64,000 nucleotides of DNA, taken from Octopus sinensis. Its lineage: Eukaryota. The notes beneath the pieces were generated by a model. The model was not told the DNA's origin. It saw only the letters and a list, made by a program, of their open reading frames with translations, and did no database searches. This document shows, in pieces, positions 40,161-53,378 of the stretch. A program made the position numbers and the translations under genes. The first letter of the stretch is position 1, and each line of letters starts with the position of its first letter. The stretch is taken from NCBI RefSeq assembly GCF_006345805.1, contig NC_043008.1, positions 79,670,001-79,734,000 on the forward strand. Reading direction: 5' to 3'.

Positions 40161-40719
40161 CTCCTAAAGGGTTAACTAAAACAAAGGTGAAGTGGGATGA
40201 AACAAGGTAAACATTTTAGGAAAGTGAATAAAAGAAGAAACAGTATATTATTTGTGGTTTATAGTTTGTTAATTCTGGATTTGACTTTGGAAGTTCCAAG
40301 ACTTTGTGGAGTGTGAGCCCATGTCTTAGTCACTGTTGTTCCCAGGTCTACTACTACACTTACCAGGGCCCCAGCTGTAGGTTAATTAGCATTTCATGGA
40401 AATGTATCTGGAAGAAGGTTACCCACAGACATCCTAACGGACCCAGGGCAGATGAGGCCCTTCAGCTTTTTACTTACTCTTCCAAGAGAAGGTAACTCCA
40501 TACAAATCCTACATCCTGATAACCACTTTGTTGTACAAGTTTGAAGGAAGAGTGAGTAAGACTGGCTCTGCTCAAACCATATATGCTATAATAACAAACT
40601 CCTGCTGGCTTGTGGGGTAAATGCAAAGGGAGGGACCCTGAGGCAAATATGTATGGTTATGGGTTTAGTCCATATTACTCCTTAAGGAGCATGGGGTTGG
40701 TTTCCTCGGTTTCTCCTGA

Positions 40720-40980
40720 ATATATATTCCTTTCTGGACAGGATGCCAATCTGTCACAGGATGATTCATTTTGCCAGCTAAGTAGAGTGGAGCAACATGA
40801 AATGAATAGTCTTACTCAAGAACACAATAAATAGCTTGGTCCAGGAATCGAAACCACAATTTTATGATCCTGAGGCCAACACTCTAACCACGAATCATGC
40901 AACTCTACAATCAATGCCTTAAATAACTGGTTAGTCTACATTTCTCTGTAAAGAGCATAGGACTGGTTTCCAGTTTCTCT

Positions 40981-41022
<42 letters not shown>

Positions 41023-41710
41023 AGCAACCCCCCACCCCATACTGTCCAATGGATGGTGCTGAATCATATCTGCTGAATAAAAATCAATCAGTGTTTTCTT
41101 TTCATTAAAGAATAATTAAGCATGCCTTTATTTCAATAAAATTTTTGGTTTTCTTGAAGTTAAGGCAAAAAAAAACTTTCCTTCCTTCATGCTAAGTTTG
41201 AAGAAAATATCTCCTTTGCATCTTACTTTTTGGGTCTCTTAAATATACTGCATTTTGTGGCATTATTTCAAACCAGCTGGCTTTTTTTCAGCAAACTGCA
41301 CGTGCATTTTTCTCGTGTATGCATAGTATCGATTGCAACAGCTGATGTACTTGCATGTATAAATGCACATTCCCATGGCTTTATCAATCGCATTCTCACC
41401 TAGAATCGAGTTTCATAATTTTTTCAAGACTTATACACACCCTAACACCATAGGTATCTACATATCAAATTTGAGTGCAATCAGACGGAGGATACCCAAG
41501 ATCCTAGAACACACACACACACACACAGAACGGATTCTATAGATATACCATTCCTTGGACTGGCTGCTGGTCTGTCATTCTTAAACAGCCAAGAGGACTG
41601 GAACAATGTGAAATGAAGTATTTCGCTCAAGAACACGTCGTTCAGTCCAGGAATCAAAACCACAATCTTATGATCCTGAGTCCAACACCCTAACCATTAA
41701 GCCATGCACC
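40720..41710 (-). mobile_element. Two tRNA-derived SINE fragments (~40720-40900 and ~41540-41710)
   Basis: Minus-strand tggcttaatggttagggtgttgg...tttgattcctgg head and cttgag core. Confidence 0.65.
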
Positions 41711-41749
41711 TCCACAGTTATACTTAACATCTGACATCTCCCATGACTC

Positions 41750-42300
41750 CATGGATGCTATGAATGTCTTGAGTTTTCCTTTGTTTGTGAAATATCCATG
41801 AGTGGAGAGGTTGTAAGTGTACTTAACCCAGGACACTTGCTTCTGGATACAGCCCAGGGCCAACAGAGGTAGTTAATACTGTCGACATGCATTGTCAAAA
41901 ACATATTTATTTGAGGATGTTCAAAATCGTCTTTGTAATACCCTTTCTGAGGTTTTTCAAGACTACAGGTGAGTGGCAGCCTATCATTAGGTTTGCAGTA
42001 GGAACTATATAAATCGGTGCCCAAAGTGAGTGTTATTTCTAAGAAATTGACTATGGCAAGGATGATCTAGAGATGGTAATCTTAAGTCCAAGGGAATTAA
42101 GTTTGTAAGTCAGGGCTTTGATAAATCTGTCCAGGGTGTGCTTGTTTGTGCCTCTAGAAATGAGTAGAGCATTGTCCCTCTATAGATCAAGCACTGTTGT
42201 CAAGAATTTCATATTTAAAGTACCTTGTATAAATAATCCTGAGGTCACAAATATCTATGCTGTCAATTGCTCCCAAAAAGTTGTTCTCTGTTGGTTATGA
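41750..42300 (-). mobile_element. Penelope-like element RT/thumb fragment
   Basis: Minus strand across frameshifts: GAIDSIDICDL, YRDNALLISRGTNKHTLDR..K..LGLKITI, NFLEITLTLGT..Y..YCKPND. Confidence 0.75.
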
Positions 42301-42359
42301 TAATGAGGGTTCCAATTGATCTGACCAATGAAGCAGCCTGCTTAGGAAATTAAAATGCA

Positions 42360-42830
42360 AGTGGTTGAGCACCCCACAGACGTGTATACCCTTAATAAGG
42401 TCATGGTCACTTGTCATGGCCTCTGCAAGGCCCAACATACAGAGATTGTGCCCCACCACCTTGTCCCATGTCTTCCTGGGTCAACCTCTTCCTCAAGTTC
42501 TCTCCACTGTTAGAGTGCAACACTTCTTCACATGGCTGTCCTCATGACCTATATGAGTACAGTCACATCACATTTGATGCTTCTAATGTCCACCTTTCCT
42601 CTCAGAATGCTTACACTTTGTTGAGCATGAACAATGACATTATATATATATGTCATCATCATCATCATCATCATCATAGTTTAATGTCCATCTACCATGC
42701 ATGCATGGGTAAGATGGTTGACAGGGCTTTTTATGTGGCACAAGCACAGGTAAGGTTGGTTTTGGCGTGATTTTACATCTGGGTGCCCTTCCGAACGCCA
42801 ACAACATTATAGTGTAGACTGGATACTTTT
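42360..42830 (-). mobile_element. RTE 3'-end fragments with (TGA)n tail
   Basis: Reverse-complement match to 6380-6540; (TCA)n at ~42652-42677. Confidence 0.7.
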
Positions 42831-43791
42831 AAGTAACAAGACAAGGAATTTACAAGAGACCAGGGGCATTTAAAGAGGAGAACTTGTCTCTGAGGATGAA
42901 AAATCAAAATGTGGCAAAGAGACATAGAGACAGAAGCAGGTGTCTTGCTACAACAGAGGGGGCATTAGAAGAGGTGATCCAGTATTATTGTTATAGTGCC
43001 ATTATTATTATTACAAAAAATTTTTTCCCCAATAACAATAATGTATATGACTTGAGATGTTTGCCTTGCCTTAACGTTTGTTGTCCTCTTTAACAATTAA
43101 TATATATATAAAGCAAATAAGAAAATGAAGAGGATATCCAATCGACAAACATCTGCCAGTAAACATTCAATTATACCTATTTATTAAATGAGCATAATGG
43201 AAACACAATGTAAACTGCAGCCTTTGGAAATTCTTCCTGAGCGTGACTTCATTCATCGACTTACCACAGGATGGAATACCATGGATTATATTAACACCTT
43301 AATTGAAATCCTTACCTTACCTATCCTTACAATGTCTATCACAGTGTTTTATTTTATTTTATCGTATTTCACCCTGCTCTACTTTTTAACTGACATTCAC
43401 ACATGTTAGTTCCCTAACATTTGGACCCTCTGAAAAAGCCTAGGAGCACATCCATTATCCAAATAATATTTAAATAATGAGGGAGGTAAATTGAATATTA
43501 ATTTAATTAATATAAATTTAAAACCAGTAGCTTAGCATATAAAAAATCTGAAAAATCAGAAAAAATTTCAATACCTAGGGGTATATTTAGGGCTATACCA
43601 CTAGGCGGATAACCATATGCTAGAAGATCACATACGATCTAACTACAAAGAAAGAATGTTCTCCAGAGAATTTAGCGCGCCAGAACTTAGACATTTGAAA
43701 GTAACCCCAATGTAATCCGTAGAACTAAACACATGTCTAGTTTTATATGGACAACCGGTGTTTAGTTTTTCAAATTTTATTGAATTGGAAC

Positions 43792-43867
43792 GATCATACT
43801 GATGAGTCTGCGGATGACGGATTATGTAAGTAATTTATTCGGTAACAGACGAAACCGGTATGTGATT
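43792..43867 (+). ncRNA. Minimal type I hammerhead ribozyme (Penelope/retrozyme type)
   Basis: gatcata-CTGATGA-GTCTG..35 nt..CAGAC-GAAA-CCGG-TA-tgtgatt: 7-bp stem I, 5-bp stem II, palindromic stem III, GUA cleavage triplet. Confidence 0.85.
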
Positions 43868-44307
43868 AATTCTTGATTTTTATATAACTTTCATCTGTTT
43901 TGCCCGCTTATGTTCTGGTGTTTGCTGAATTTTCTCTGGAGAACATTCTTTTTTTGGTGTTTTTTACGTTATATCTGCACAAGAGTCAGTCCAGTGGCAC
44001 TAGCAACAACCTCGCTCGAATGTTTTGTTCACGTGCCTGTAAGGTGACGTTGGTAACGATCATGCTCAAGTGGTGCTTTTTATGTGCCACTGGCATGAAA
44101 GCCAGACAGCTGCTCTGGCAGTGATCCTGCTCGGATGGAGCTGTTAGCGGGTGCAAGTCATCGAATTTGGTTCAATTTCGATTTCACTTGCCCCAACAGG
44201 TCTTCGCAAGCAGAGTTTAGTGTCCAATGAAGGGAGGTTGGCATGGATGCTAGTTGTCGAATTTGGTTCGATTTCGATTTTGAATATATATATATATATA
44301 TATATAT

Positions 44308-46145
44308 ATCAGCTGAAATTGCGAGGATGATCCGGTTCTTGACTGAAGATTGAAGGCTTCGAATGTCCCGTCCGTGTTTTTTGTATCGTCTTCTAAATGT
44401 TTTGAGTTCTTGTCCCAGTTTGTATATTTTTACATATACATATACATATATATAGCGGCGCCCGTACCCTTTTTGGTCTTGTATGTAAGTACATATTTCT
44501 TTAAATTTGGTACAACTCTATAACACTGTCTCTCTCTCCCTCTTCTCCTACATTTCTCTGCCTTTCACACTTTGCACTCCTCTTTGATCTGTCTCTTTCT
44601 CTCTCTCTCTCTTCTTCTCCTCCTTCTCTCCTTTCTTGCCTCTGGTTCTTTGGTCTCCTCTTCCCACACTCTCTTACATTTCTCTGTCTTTCTCACTTTG
44701 CACCTCACTGATTCTGTCGCCAAGCCAATGCTTGGCGCGCTCTCTTTCTTCTCCCCTCTTTAATTCCTTCTTTCTCTCTCTTCTCCCCCCTTTTCTCTCT
44801 CTCTTTGATTCCTTTCCCCTTTTTTTCTCTCTCTTCTCTTCTCACATGACCGCTGGTCAACCAGCCTTTCGGCTTCTGACCACCGCCACGAGAACATCGT
44901 TTTCTTCGTCTGCCGAAAAAGGCATTTTTTTCCAAATACGCCAGCTAAGTTGTACTGTCTATAGTCGTAAGACACCCGCTGCTTTTGTCCTGTTATTACT
45001 ATTATTGTTTTTTGTATTTATATTCGTGTGGCATCGTCTATTTTTCTGTTCTTCTTTCGTATACATTCGATCCTTTTTTCAAGAAATCTAATGCTCGTAG
45101 CTTAGTTTTTCCTTGGGGCTGGCCGGATCGGAGCGATCTCAAGATTAATCAGCCGAAATTGTGAGGATGATCCGTTTCTTGACTGAAGATTGAAGGCTTC
45201 GAATGTCCCGTCCGTGTTTTTTGTATCGTCTTCTAAATGTTTTGAGTTCTTGTCCCAGTTTGTATATTTTTACATATACATATACATATATATAGCGGCG
45301 CCCGTACCCTTTTTGGTCTTGTATGTAAGTACATATTTCTTTAAATTTGGTACAACTCTATAACACTGTCTCTCTCTCCCTCTTCTCCTACATTTCTCTG
45401 CCTTTCACACTTTGCACTCCTCTTTGATCTGTCTCTTTCTCTCTCTCTCTCTTCTTCTCCTCCTTCTCTCCTTTCTTGCCTCTGGTTCTTTGGTCTCCTC
45501 TTCCCACACTCTCTTACATTTCTCTGTCTTTCTCACTTTGCACCTCACTGATTCTGTCGCCAAGCCAATGCTTGGCGCGCTCTCTTTCTTCTCCCCTCTT
45601 TAATTCCTTCTTCTCTCTCTCTTCTCCCCCCTTTTCTCTCTCTCTTTGATTCCTTTCCCCTTTTTTTCTCTCTCTTCTCTTCTCACATGACCGCTGGTCA
45701 ACCAGCCTTTCGGCTTCTGACCACCGCCACGAGAACATCGTTTTCTTCGTCTGCCGAAAAAGGCATTTTTTTCCAAATACGCCAGCTAAGTTGTACTGTC
45801 TATAGTCGTAAGACACCCGCTGCTTTTGTCCTGTTATTACTATTATTGTTTTTTGTATTTATATTCGTGTGGCATCGTCTATTTTTCTGTTCTTCTTTCG
45901 TATACATTCGATCCTTTTTTCAAGAAATCTAATGCTCGTAGCTTAGTTTTTCCTTGGGGCTGGCCGGATCGGAGCGATCTCAAGATTAATCAGCCGAAAT
46001 TGTGAGGATGATCCGTTTCTTGACTGAAGATTGAAGGCTTCGAATGTCCCGTCCGTGTTTTTTGTATCGTCTTCTAAATGTTTTGCGTTCTTGTCCCAGT
46101 TTGTGTTTTTTTACATATACATATATATATGGCGACGCCCGTACC
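44308..46145. repeat. ~840-bp tandem repeat, 2.2 copies, near-identical
   Basis: Unit starts at ~44308, 45149 and 45990; duplicated ORFs at 44572 and 45412; (TA)n flanks. Confidence 0.95.
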
Positions 46146-46256
46146 GATAAAGGTTCTTTTAAACGATCGTACCAAATTACCAAGCTAGTAGTTTGGTAAG
46201 ATTATTAATTATAAATTGATTAATTAATTTTACCCTTTATTATTATTGATGATATG

Positions 46257-46301
<45 letters not shown>

Positions 46302-47113
46302 AATAAGCAACAAGAATAACTTCGGTAATTTGGTACGATCGTTTCACGCTACATCATTTCCATTAATACATAATTTTCATATCAATTGACAATAATTTAA
46401 ATTTTAAGAACATTAAGGTAGTAGAGTTTATGAACTGACTGAAGAATATTCAGAATATTCAGTTGTTTTGAACTGCTAGAAGGTTTGGGAAGAATGATCA
46501 ATTAAAAGGAGATAAGAAAGATTTTCTATTTATAGAAATAGGGGTGAAATAGATGTGAAGAATTTGAGGTAGAGAGGTGAAGAATTTGAGGTAGAGAGAA
46601 AGGGTTGTAATGCTACAGAGGCCGTTTACTACTATTTGGCAAACAGAATATGTATTAGGAAAACTAGGTCAATGTCAGTGCTGTAACAGGCCCACCACTC
46701 ATCAGTGCAAACATAACCGGCTACAAAAATATAAATACTAATAAATACCATGCGAATACAGAGATTTTTTTATATTTATATACATCAACTTTATATTTAG
46801 CTGGCAGGTTTTGAATATTTTGATACTTTGGATCTTATTAATCAAGTGAATATATTAGGGGTCAAATATAATATATATATATAGTATATATATATATATA
46901 TATATAGAGGTTAAATGAGGTATGACTGCCCTCACTGCCGAAACAGCTGTGAAAATTTTTTACTTATATCTCTTATTTTTACTATTACTGTATATCTCAT
47001 TTTGTATAATGCCTTTACTCATATGTAATGGTGTATTAAAGTATTGATTGGGTATCATCGGATAGTTGATGTTTTATTGATTTAAGTATGTTTCTCCATT
47101 CTCTAATTTTGTA

Positions 47114-47175
<62 letters not shown>

Positions 47176-47177
47176 TA

Positions 47178-47224
<47 letters not shown>

Positions 47225-47700
47225 TATGTAGATGTATATATGTTTCTGTAGTTATTGACATTCGTTAATTTGTATCAACACATATGTTTGTAATCATTTA
47301 CTAATTAGTTATAATTGAATGTTTACTGGTTGATGTTTATCTATTAGCAATTTTGTTCACTTTTTTATGCTTATTTGCAATAGTTTGATACGTTTTGCTT
47401 TCTGAAAACATTTATGATTTCAGTGATGCTTGGGCAAAAATAATTAACTGACTGATAAGATTATATTTATCCAAATGATCACACATTTGCAATATTTTGA
47501 AACATTTTGTTTTCTGTTTAATAATCGGCTAACGTATACATAGCAAAATGTTATTAGTCAGAAAAATGTTTCTCACAAAAATGAAATGTCACAAATGTGT
47601 ATACTGAAAGACAAGAAATTTGCATTTGCAATATTTTTCACATTTTTAAGCTTATCAACAATCAGCTAACAATCGTATCAACAATCAGCTAACATATAAA

Positions 47701-50700
47701 CGTTATTTGTCTGAAAAGTGTTTTTATCGGAAAAATGATAAATCACAAGTGCGTTAATAATACATTTAAAAAAATATGATGAGTGCATTGATGAGTGGTG
47801 GGCGTGTTACAGCAGTACCATGAAATCGTTTCGATACGCAACTGAACCTTTTAAACATTTGAAAAGTTTCTTCACATTTTTATGCTTATATGCAATATTT
47901 TGACACATTTTGTTTTCTGAAAAGTGATTTCAGTTATCTCTTTGATAAATATAATCTGATTAATAATCGGCTAACCTAAATATAGCAAAATGGTATTATA
48001 AAAGTGTTTCTCACAAAAAGGAATTGTCACAAATGTGTATACTGAAAACAAAAAATTTGCATTTGCAATATTTTTTATATTTACAAGCTTAGCGATCTCT
48101 TTTGATAAATATAATCTTATTATCAAACAGCTAAAACTTTATTTGTCAGAAAAATGATAAATCACAAATGTGTTAAGCCTGAAATTTGCATTTGCAATTT
48201 TGTTCCTATTTTCAAGCTTATCAATACTTTGGCACATTTCTGTGTCGTGAGAAGTTTTCTGATTTCAGAGATTTCTTTGCTAAATATATACTGAAAAACA
48301 AGAAATTTGCATTTGCAATAGTTTTCATATATTCAAGCTTAGCGATCTCTTTGATAAATATCAATCAGCTAACAAAACGTTTATTTGCCCTAAAAGTGTT
48401 TGTCTGAAAAATGATAAATCACAAATTTATTGATAGTACACTAAATGACATGAAATTCGCATTTGCAATTTTTTTCACATTTTTGTTTATTTGCAATATT
48501 TTGACACATTTTGTTTTTTGAAAAGTGATTTCAGTTATCTCTAATAAATATCATGTGATTAATAATCGACTAACATATATGTAGCAAAAAGTTTTTTTGT
48601 CAAAAATAAAATGTCACAAATATGTACAGTGAAAAACAAGAAATTTGCGTTTTGAATAATTTTCATATTTTCAAGCTTTTATAAATATAATCGTATTATC
48701 AATCAGCTAACATATATATTGCAAAACATTATTTGTCTGAAAAGTGTTTTTATCAGAAAAATGATAAATCACACATGTGAAAGCATGAAAGTTGCATTTC
48801 CAATTTTGCTCCTATTTTGAAGCTTAGCAATATTTTGACAATTTGTATCGTCAGGTTTTCACAGATCTTTGGTAAATATAATCAGCTAACATATATATGT
48901 GTTGGATTCGCATGGTATTTATTAGTATTTATATTTTTGTAGCCGGTTATGTTTGCACTGATGAGTGGTGGGCCTGTTACAGCACTGATCATGAAATCGT
49001 TTTGATACGCAAGTGAATCTTTTAAAACATTTGCAAGTTTGTTCACGTTTTTATGCAATATTTTGACACATTTTGTTTTCCGTGGCGTTTTTTCCGTTTT
49101 TTCCGTGGCGAGAATTTCACCTAACGTTATTTGTCTGAAAAGTGTTTTTATCGGAAAAATGATAAATCACAAGTGCGTTAATAATACATTTAAAAAAATA
49201 TGATGAGTGCATTGATGAGTGGTGGGCGTGTTACAGCAGTACCATGAAATCGTTTCGATACGCAACTGAACCTTTTAAACATTTGAAAAGTTTCTTCACA
49301 TTTTTATGCTTATATGCAATATTTTGACACATTTTGTTTTCTGAAAAGTGATTTCAGTTATCTCTTTGATAAATATAATCTGATTAATAATCGGCTAACC
49401 TAAATATAGCAAAATGGTATTATAAAAGTGTTTCTCACAAAAAGGAATTGTCACAAATGTGTATACTGAAAACAAAAAATTTGCATTTGCAATATTTTTT
49501 ATATTTACAAGCTTAGCGATCTCTTTTGATAAATATAATCTTATTATCAAACAGCTAAAACTTTATTTGTCAGAAAAATGATAAATCACAATGTGTTAAG
49601 CCTGAAATTTGCATTTGCAATTTTGTTCCTATTTTCAAGCTTATCAATACTTTGGCACATTTCTGTGTCGTGAGAAGTTTTCTGATTTCAGAGATTTCTT
49701 TGCTAAATATATACTGAAAAACAAGAAATTTGCATTTGCAATAGTTTTCATATATTCAAGCTTAGCGATCTCTTTGATAAATATCAATCAGCTAACAAAA
49801 CGTTTATTTGCCCTAAAAGTGTTTGTCTGAAAAATGATAAATCACAAATTTATTGATAGTACACTAAATGACATGAAATTCGCATTTGCAATTTTTTTCA
49901 CATTTTTGTTTATTTGCAATATTTTGACACATTTTGTTTTTTGAAAAGTGATTTCAGTTATCTCTAATAAATATCATGTGATTAATAATCGACTAACATA
50001 TATGTAGCAAAAAGTTTTTTTGTCAAAAATAAAATGTCACAAATATGTACAGTGAAAAACAAGAAATTTGCGTTTTGAATAATTTTCATATTTTCAAGCT
50101 TTTATAAATATAATCGTATTATCAATCAGCTAACATATATATTGCAAAACGTTATTTGTCTGAAAAGTGTTTTTATCAGAAAAATGATAATCACACATGT
50201 GAAGCATGAAAGTTGCATTTCCAATTTTGCTCCTATTTTGAAGCTTAGCAATATTTTGACAATTTGTATCGTCAGGTTTTCACAGATCTTTGGTAAATAT
50301 AATCAGCTAACATATATATGTGTTGGATTCGCATGGTATTTATTAGTATTTATATTTTTGTAGCCGGTTATGTTGCACTGATGAGTGGTGGGCCTGTTAC
50401 AGCACTGATCATGAAATCGTTTTGATACGCAAGTGAATCTTTTAAAACATTTGCAAGTTTGTTCACGTTTTTATGCAATATTTTGACACATTTTGTTTTC
50501 CGTGGCGTTTTTTCCGTTTTTTCCGTGGCGAGAATTTCACCTAACGTTATTTGTCTGAAAAGTGTTTTTATCGGAAAAATGATAAATCACAAGTGCGTTA
50601 ATAATACATTTAAAAAAATATGATGAGTGCATTGATGAGTGGTGGGCGTGTTACGCAGTACCATGAAATCGTTTCGATACGCAACTGAACCTTTTAAACA

Positions 50701-51930
50701 TTTGAAAAGTTTCTTCACATTTTTATGCTTATATGCAATATTTTGACACATTTTGTTTTCTGAAAAGTGATTTCAGTTATCTCTTTGATAAATATAATCT
50801 GATTAATAATCGGCTAACCTAAATATAGCAAAATGGTATTATAAAAGTGTTTCTCACACAAAAGGAATTGTCACAAATGTGTATACTGAAAACAAAAAAT
50901 TTGCATTTGCAATATTTTTTATATTTACAAGCTTAGCGATCTCTTTGATAAATATAATCTTATTATCAAACAGCTAAAACTTTATTTGTCAGAAAAATGA
51001 TAAATCACAAATGTGTTAAGCCTGAAATTTGCATTTGCAATTTTGTTCCTATTTTCAAGCTTATCAATACTTGGCACATTTCTGTGTCGTGAGAAGTTTT
51101 CTGATTTCAGAGATTTCTTTGCTAAATATATACTGAAAACAAGAAATTTGCATTTGCAATAGTTTTCATATATTCAAGCTTAGCGATCTCTTTGATAAAT
51201 ATCAATCAGCTAACAAAACGTTTTTTGCCCTAAAAGTGTTTGTCTGAAAAATGATAAATCACAAATTTTTTGATAGTACACTAAATGACATGAAATTCGC
51301 ATTTGCAATTTTTTTCACATTTTTGTTTATTTGCAATATTTTGACACATTTTGTTTTTTGAAAAGTGATTTCAGTTATCTCTAATAAATATCATGTGATT
51401 AATAATCGACTAACATATATGTAGCAAAAAGTTTTTTTGTCAAAAATAAAATGTCACAATATGTACAGTGAAAAACAGAAATTTGCGTTTTGAATAATTT
51501 TCATATTTTCAAGCTTTTATAAATATAATCGTATTATCAATCAGCTAACATATATATTGCAAAACGTTATTTGTCTGAAAAGTGTTTTTATCAGAAAAAT
51601 GATAAATCACACATGTGAAAGCATGAAAGTTGCATTTCCAATTTTGCTCCTATTTTGAAGCTTAGCAATATTTTGACAATTTGTATCGTCAGGTTTTCAC
51701 AGATCTTTGGTAAATATAATCGTACTATGAATCAGCTAACATATATATGTGTTGGATTCGCATGGTATTTATTAGTATTTATATTTTTGTAGCCGGTTAT
51801 GTTTGCACTGATGAGTGGTGGGCCTGTTACAGCACTGATCATGAAATCGTTTTGATACGCAAGTGAATCTTTTAAAACATTTGCAAGTTTGTTCACGTTT
51901 TTATGCAATATTTTGACACATTTTGTTTTC
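47701..51930. repeat. ~1.42-kb higher-order tandem repeat, three copies
   Basis: Units start at 47701, ~49125 and ~50545; identical ORFs at 48186 and 49609 give a period of 1423; about 8 monomers per unit. Confidence 0.95.
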
Positions 51931-52280
51931 TGAAAAGTGATTTCAGTTATCTCTTTGATAAATATAATCTGATTATGGCGAAATGTTATTAGAAACATAT
52001 ATTAATAACACTAAATAACAAGAAATTCGCATTTGCCATTTTGTTCACGTTTTTATGCTTATTTGCAATATTTTGACACATTTTGTTTTCTGAAAAGTGA
52101 TTTCAGTTATCTCTTTGATAAATATAATCTGATTATGGCGAAATGTTATTAGAAACATATATTAATAACACTAAATAACAAGAAATTCGCATTTGCCATT
52201 TTGTTCACGTTTTTATGCTTATTTGCAATATTTTGACACATTTTGTTTTCTGAAAAGTGATTTCAGTTATCTCTTTAATA
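51931..52280. repeat. 160-bp tandem repeat, ~2.2 copies
   Basis: tgaaaagtgatttcagttatctc starts at 51931, 52091 and 52251. Confidence 0.9.
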
Positions 52281-52296
52281 AATATATATATATATA

Positions 52297-52384
52297 GCTT
52301 ATGGCCATATCACGTTGAAAGCACCGAAGTTAAGCAACGTCGAGCCTAGTCAGTACTTAGATGGGAAACCTAGGTGCAGTAAGC
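52297..52384 (+). pseudogene. 5S rRNA pseudogene with two internal deletions
   Basis: gcttatggccatatcacgttgaaagcaccg|aagttaagcaacgtcg...gtacttagatggg|aaacctaggtgcagtaagc matches metazoan 5S. The deletions fall at the caccg and tggg direct repeats. Confidence 0.85.
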
Positions 52385-52399
52385 ATAGCACATCGTTGT

Positions 52400-52474
52400 A
52401 GAGGCGCAATGGCCTAGTGGTTAGGGCAGCGGACTTGCGGTCGCAGGATCGCGGTTTCGATTCTCAGACTGGGC
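52400..52474 (+). mobile_element. tRNA-derived SINE head fragment
   Basis: tggcctagtggttagg A-box and ggtttcgattc B-box, with no SINE body following. Confidence 0.7.
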
Positions 52475-53378
52475 GTGGAGGGTGTGTTACAGCACTGTCC
52501 ATGAAATCGTTTCGATACGCAACTGAACCTTTTAAAACATTTGCAAGTTTGTTCAAATTTTTATGCTTATATGCAATATTTTGACACATTTGGTTTTCTG
52601 AAAAGTGATTTCAGTTATCTCTTTGATAAATATAATCTGATTAATAATCGGCTAACATATATATAGCGAAATGTTATTAGAAAAGTGTTTCTCACAAAAA
52701 TGAAATGTTACAAATGTGTATACTCAAAACAAGAAATTTGCATTTGCAATCCTTTTTATATTTACCAGCTTAGCGATCTCTTTTGATAAATTATCAAACA
52801 GCTAACATATATTTAACAAAACGTTATTAATCTGAAAAGTGTTTGGTTGAAAAATGATAAATCACAAATTTATTAATAGAAGACTAAATAATTCGCATTT
52901 GCTATTTTGTTCACGTTTTTATGTTTATTTGCAATATTTTGACGCATTTTGTTTTCTGAATAGGTTTCTGATTTCAGTTATCTCTTTAATAACTATGTGA
53001 TTAATAATCGACTAACATATATGTAGCAAAAGGTTATTAGTCAGAAAAGTTTTTCTGTCAAAAATAAAATGGTTCAAATATGTATAGTGAAAAACAAGAA
53101 ATTTGCATTTGCAATATTTTTCATATTTTCAAGCTTAGGGATATCTTGATAAATATAATCGTATTATCAATCAGCTAACTTATAATTAACAAAACATTAT
53201 TTGTCTGAAAAGTGTTTTTATCAGAAAAATGATAAATCACAAATGTGTAAATAGCACTCTGCAAGCATGAAATTTGCATTTCCAATTCTGTTCCTATTTT
53301 GAAGCTTAGCAATATTTTGACAATTTGTATCGTGAAGTTTTCTGATTTCAGAGATCTCTTTGGTAAATATAATCGTAC

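Noticed and set aside
44572-45932. Leu/Ser/Phe-rich and Arg/Glu/Lys-rich ORFs in the 840-bp repeat
   Set aside because: Products of CT-rich low-complexity sequence.
48955-49000. CTGATGAGTG...CAC...GAAA in the satellite module
   Set aside because: GAAA is not adjacent to stem II and no stems I or III form; not a hammerhead.
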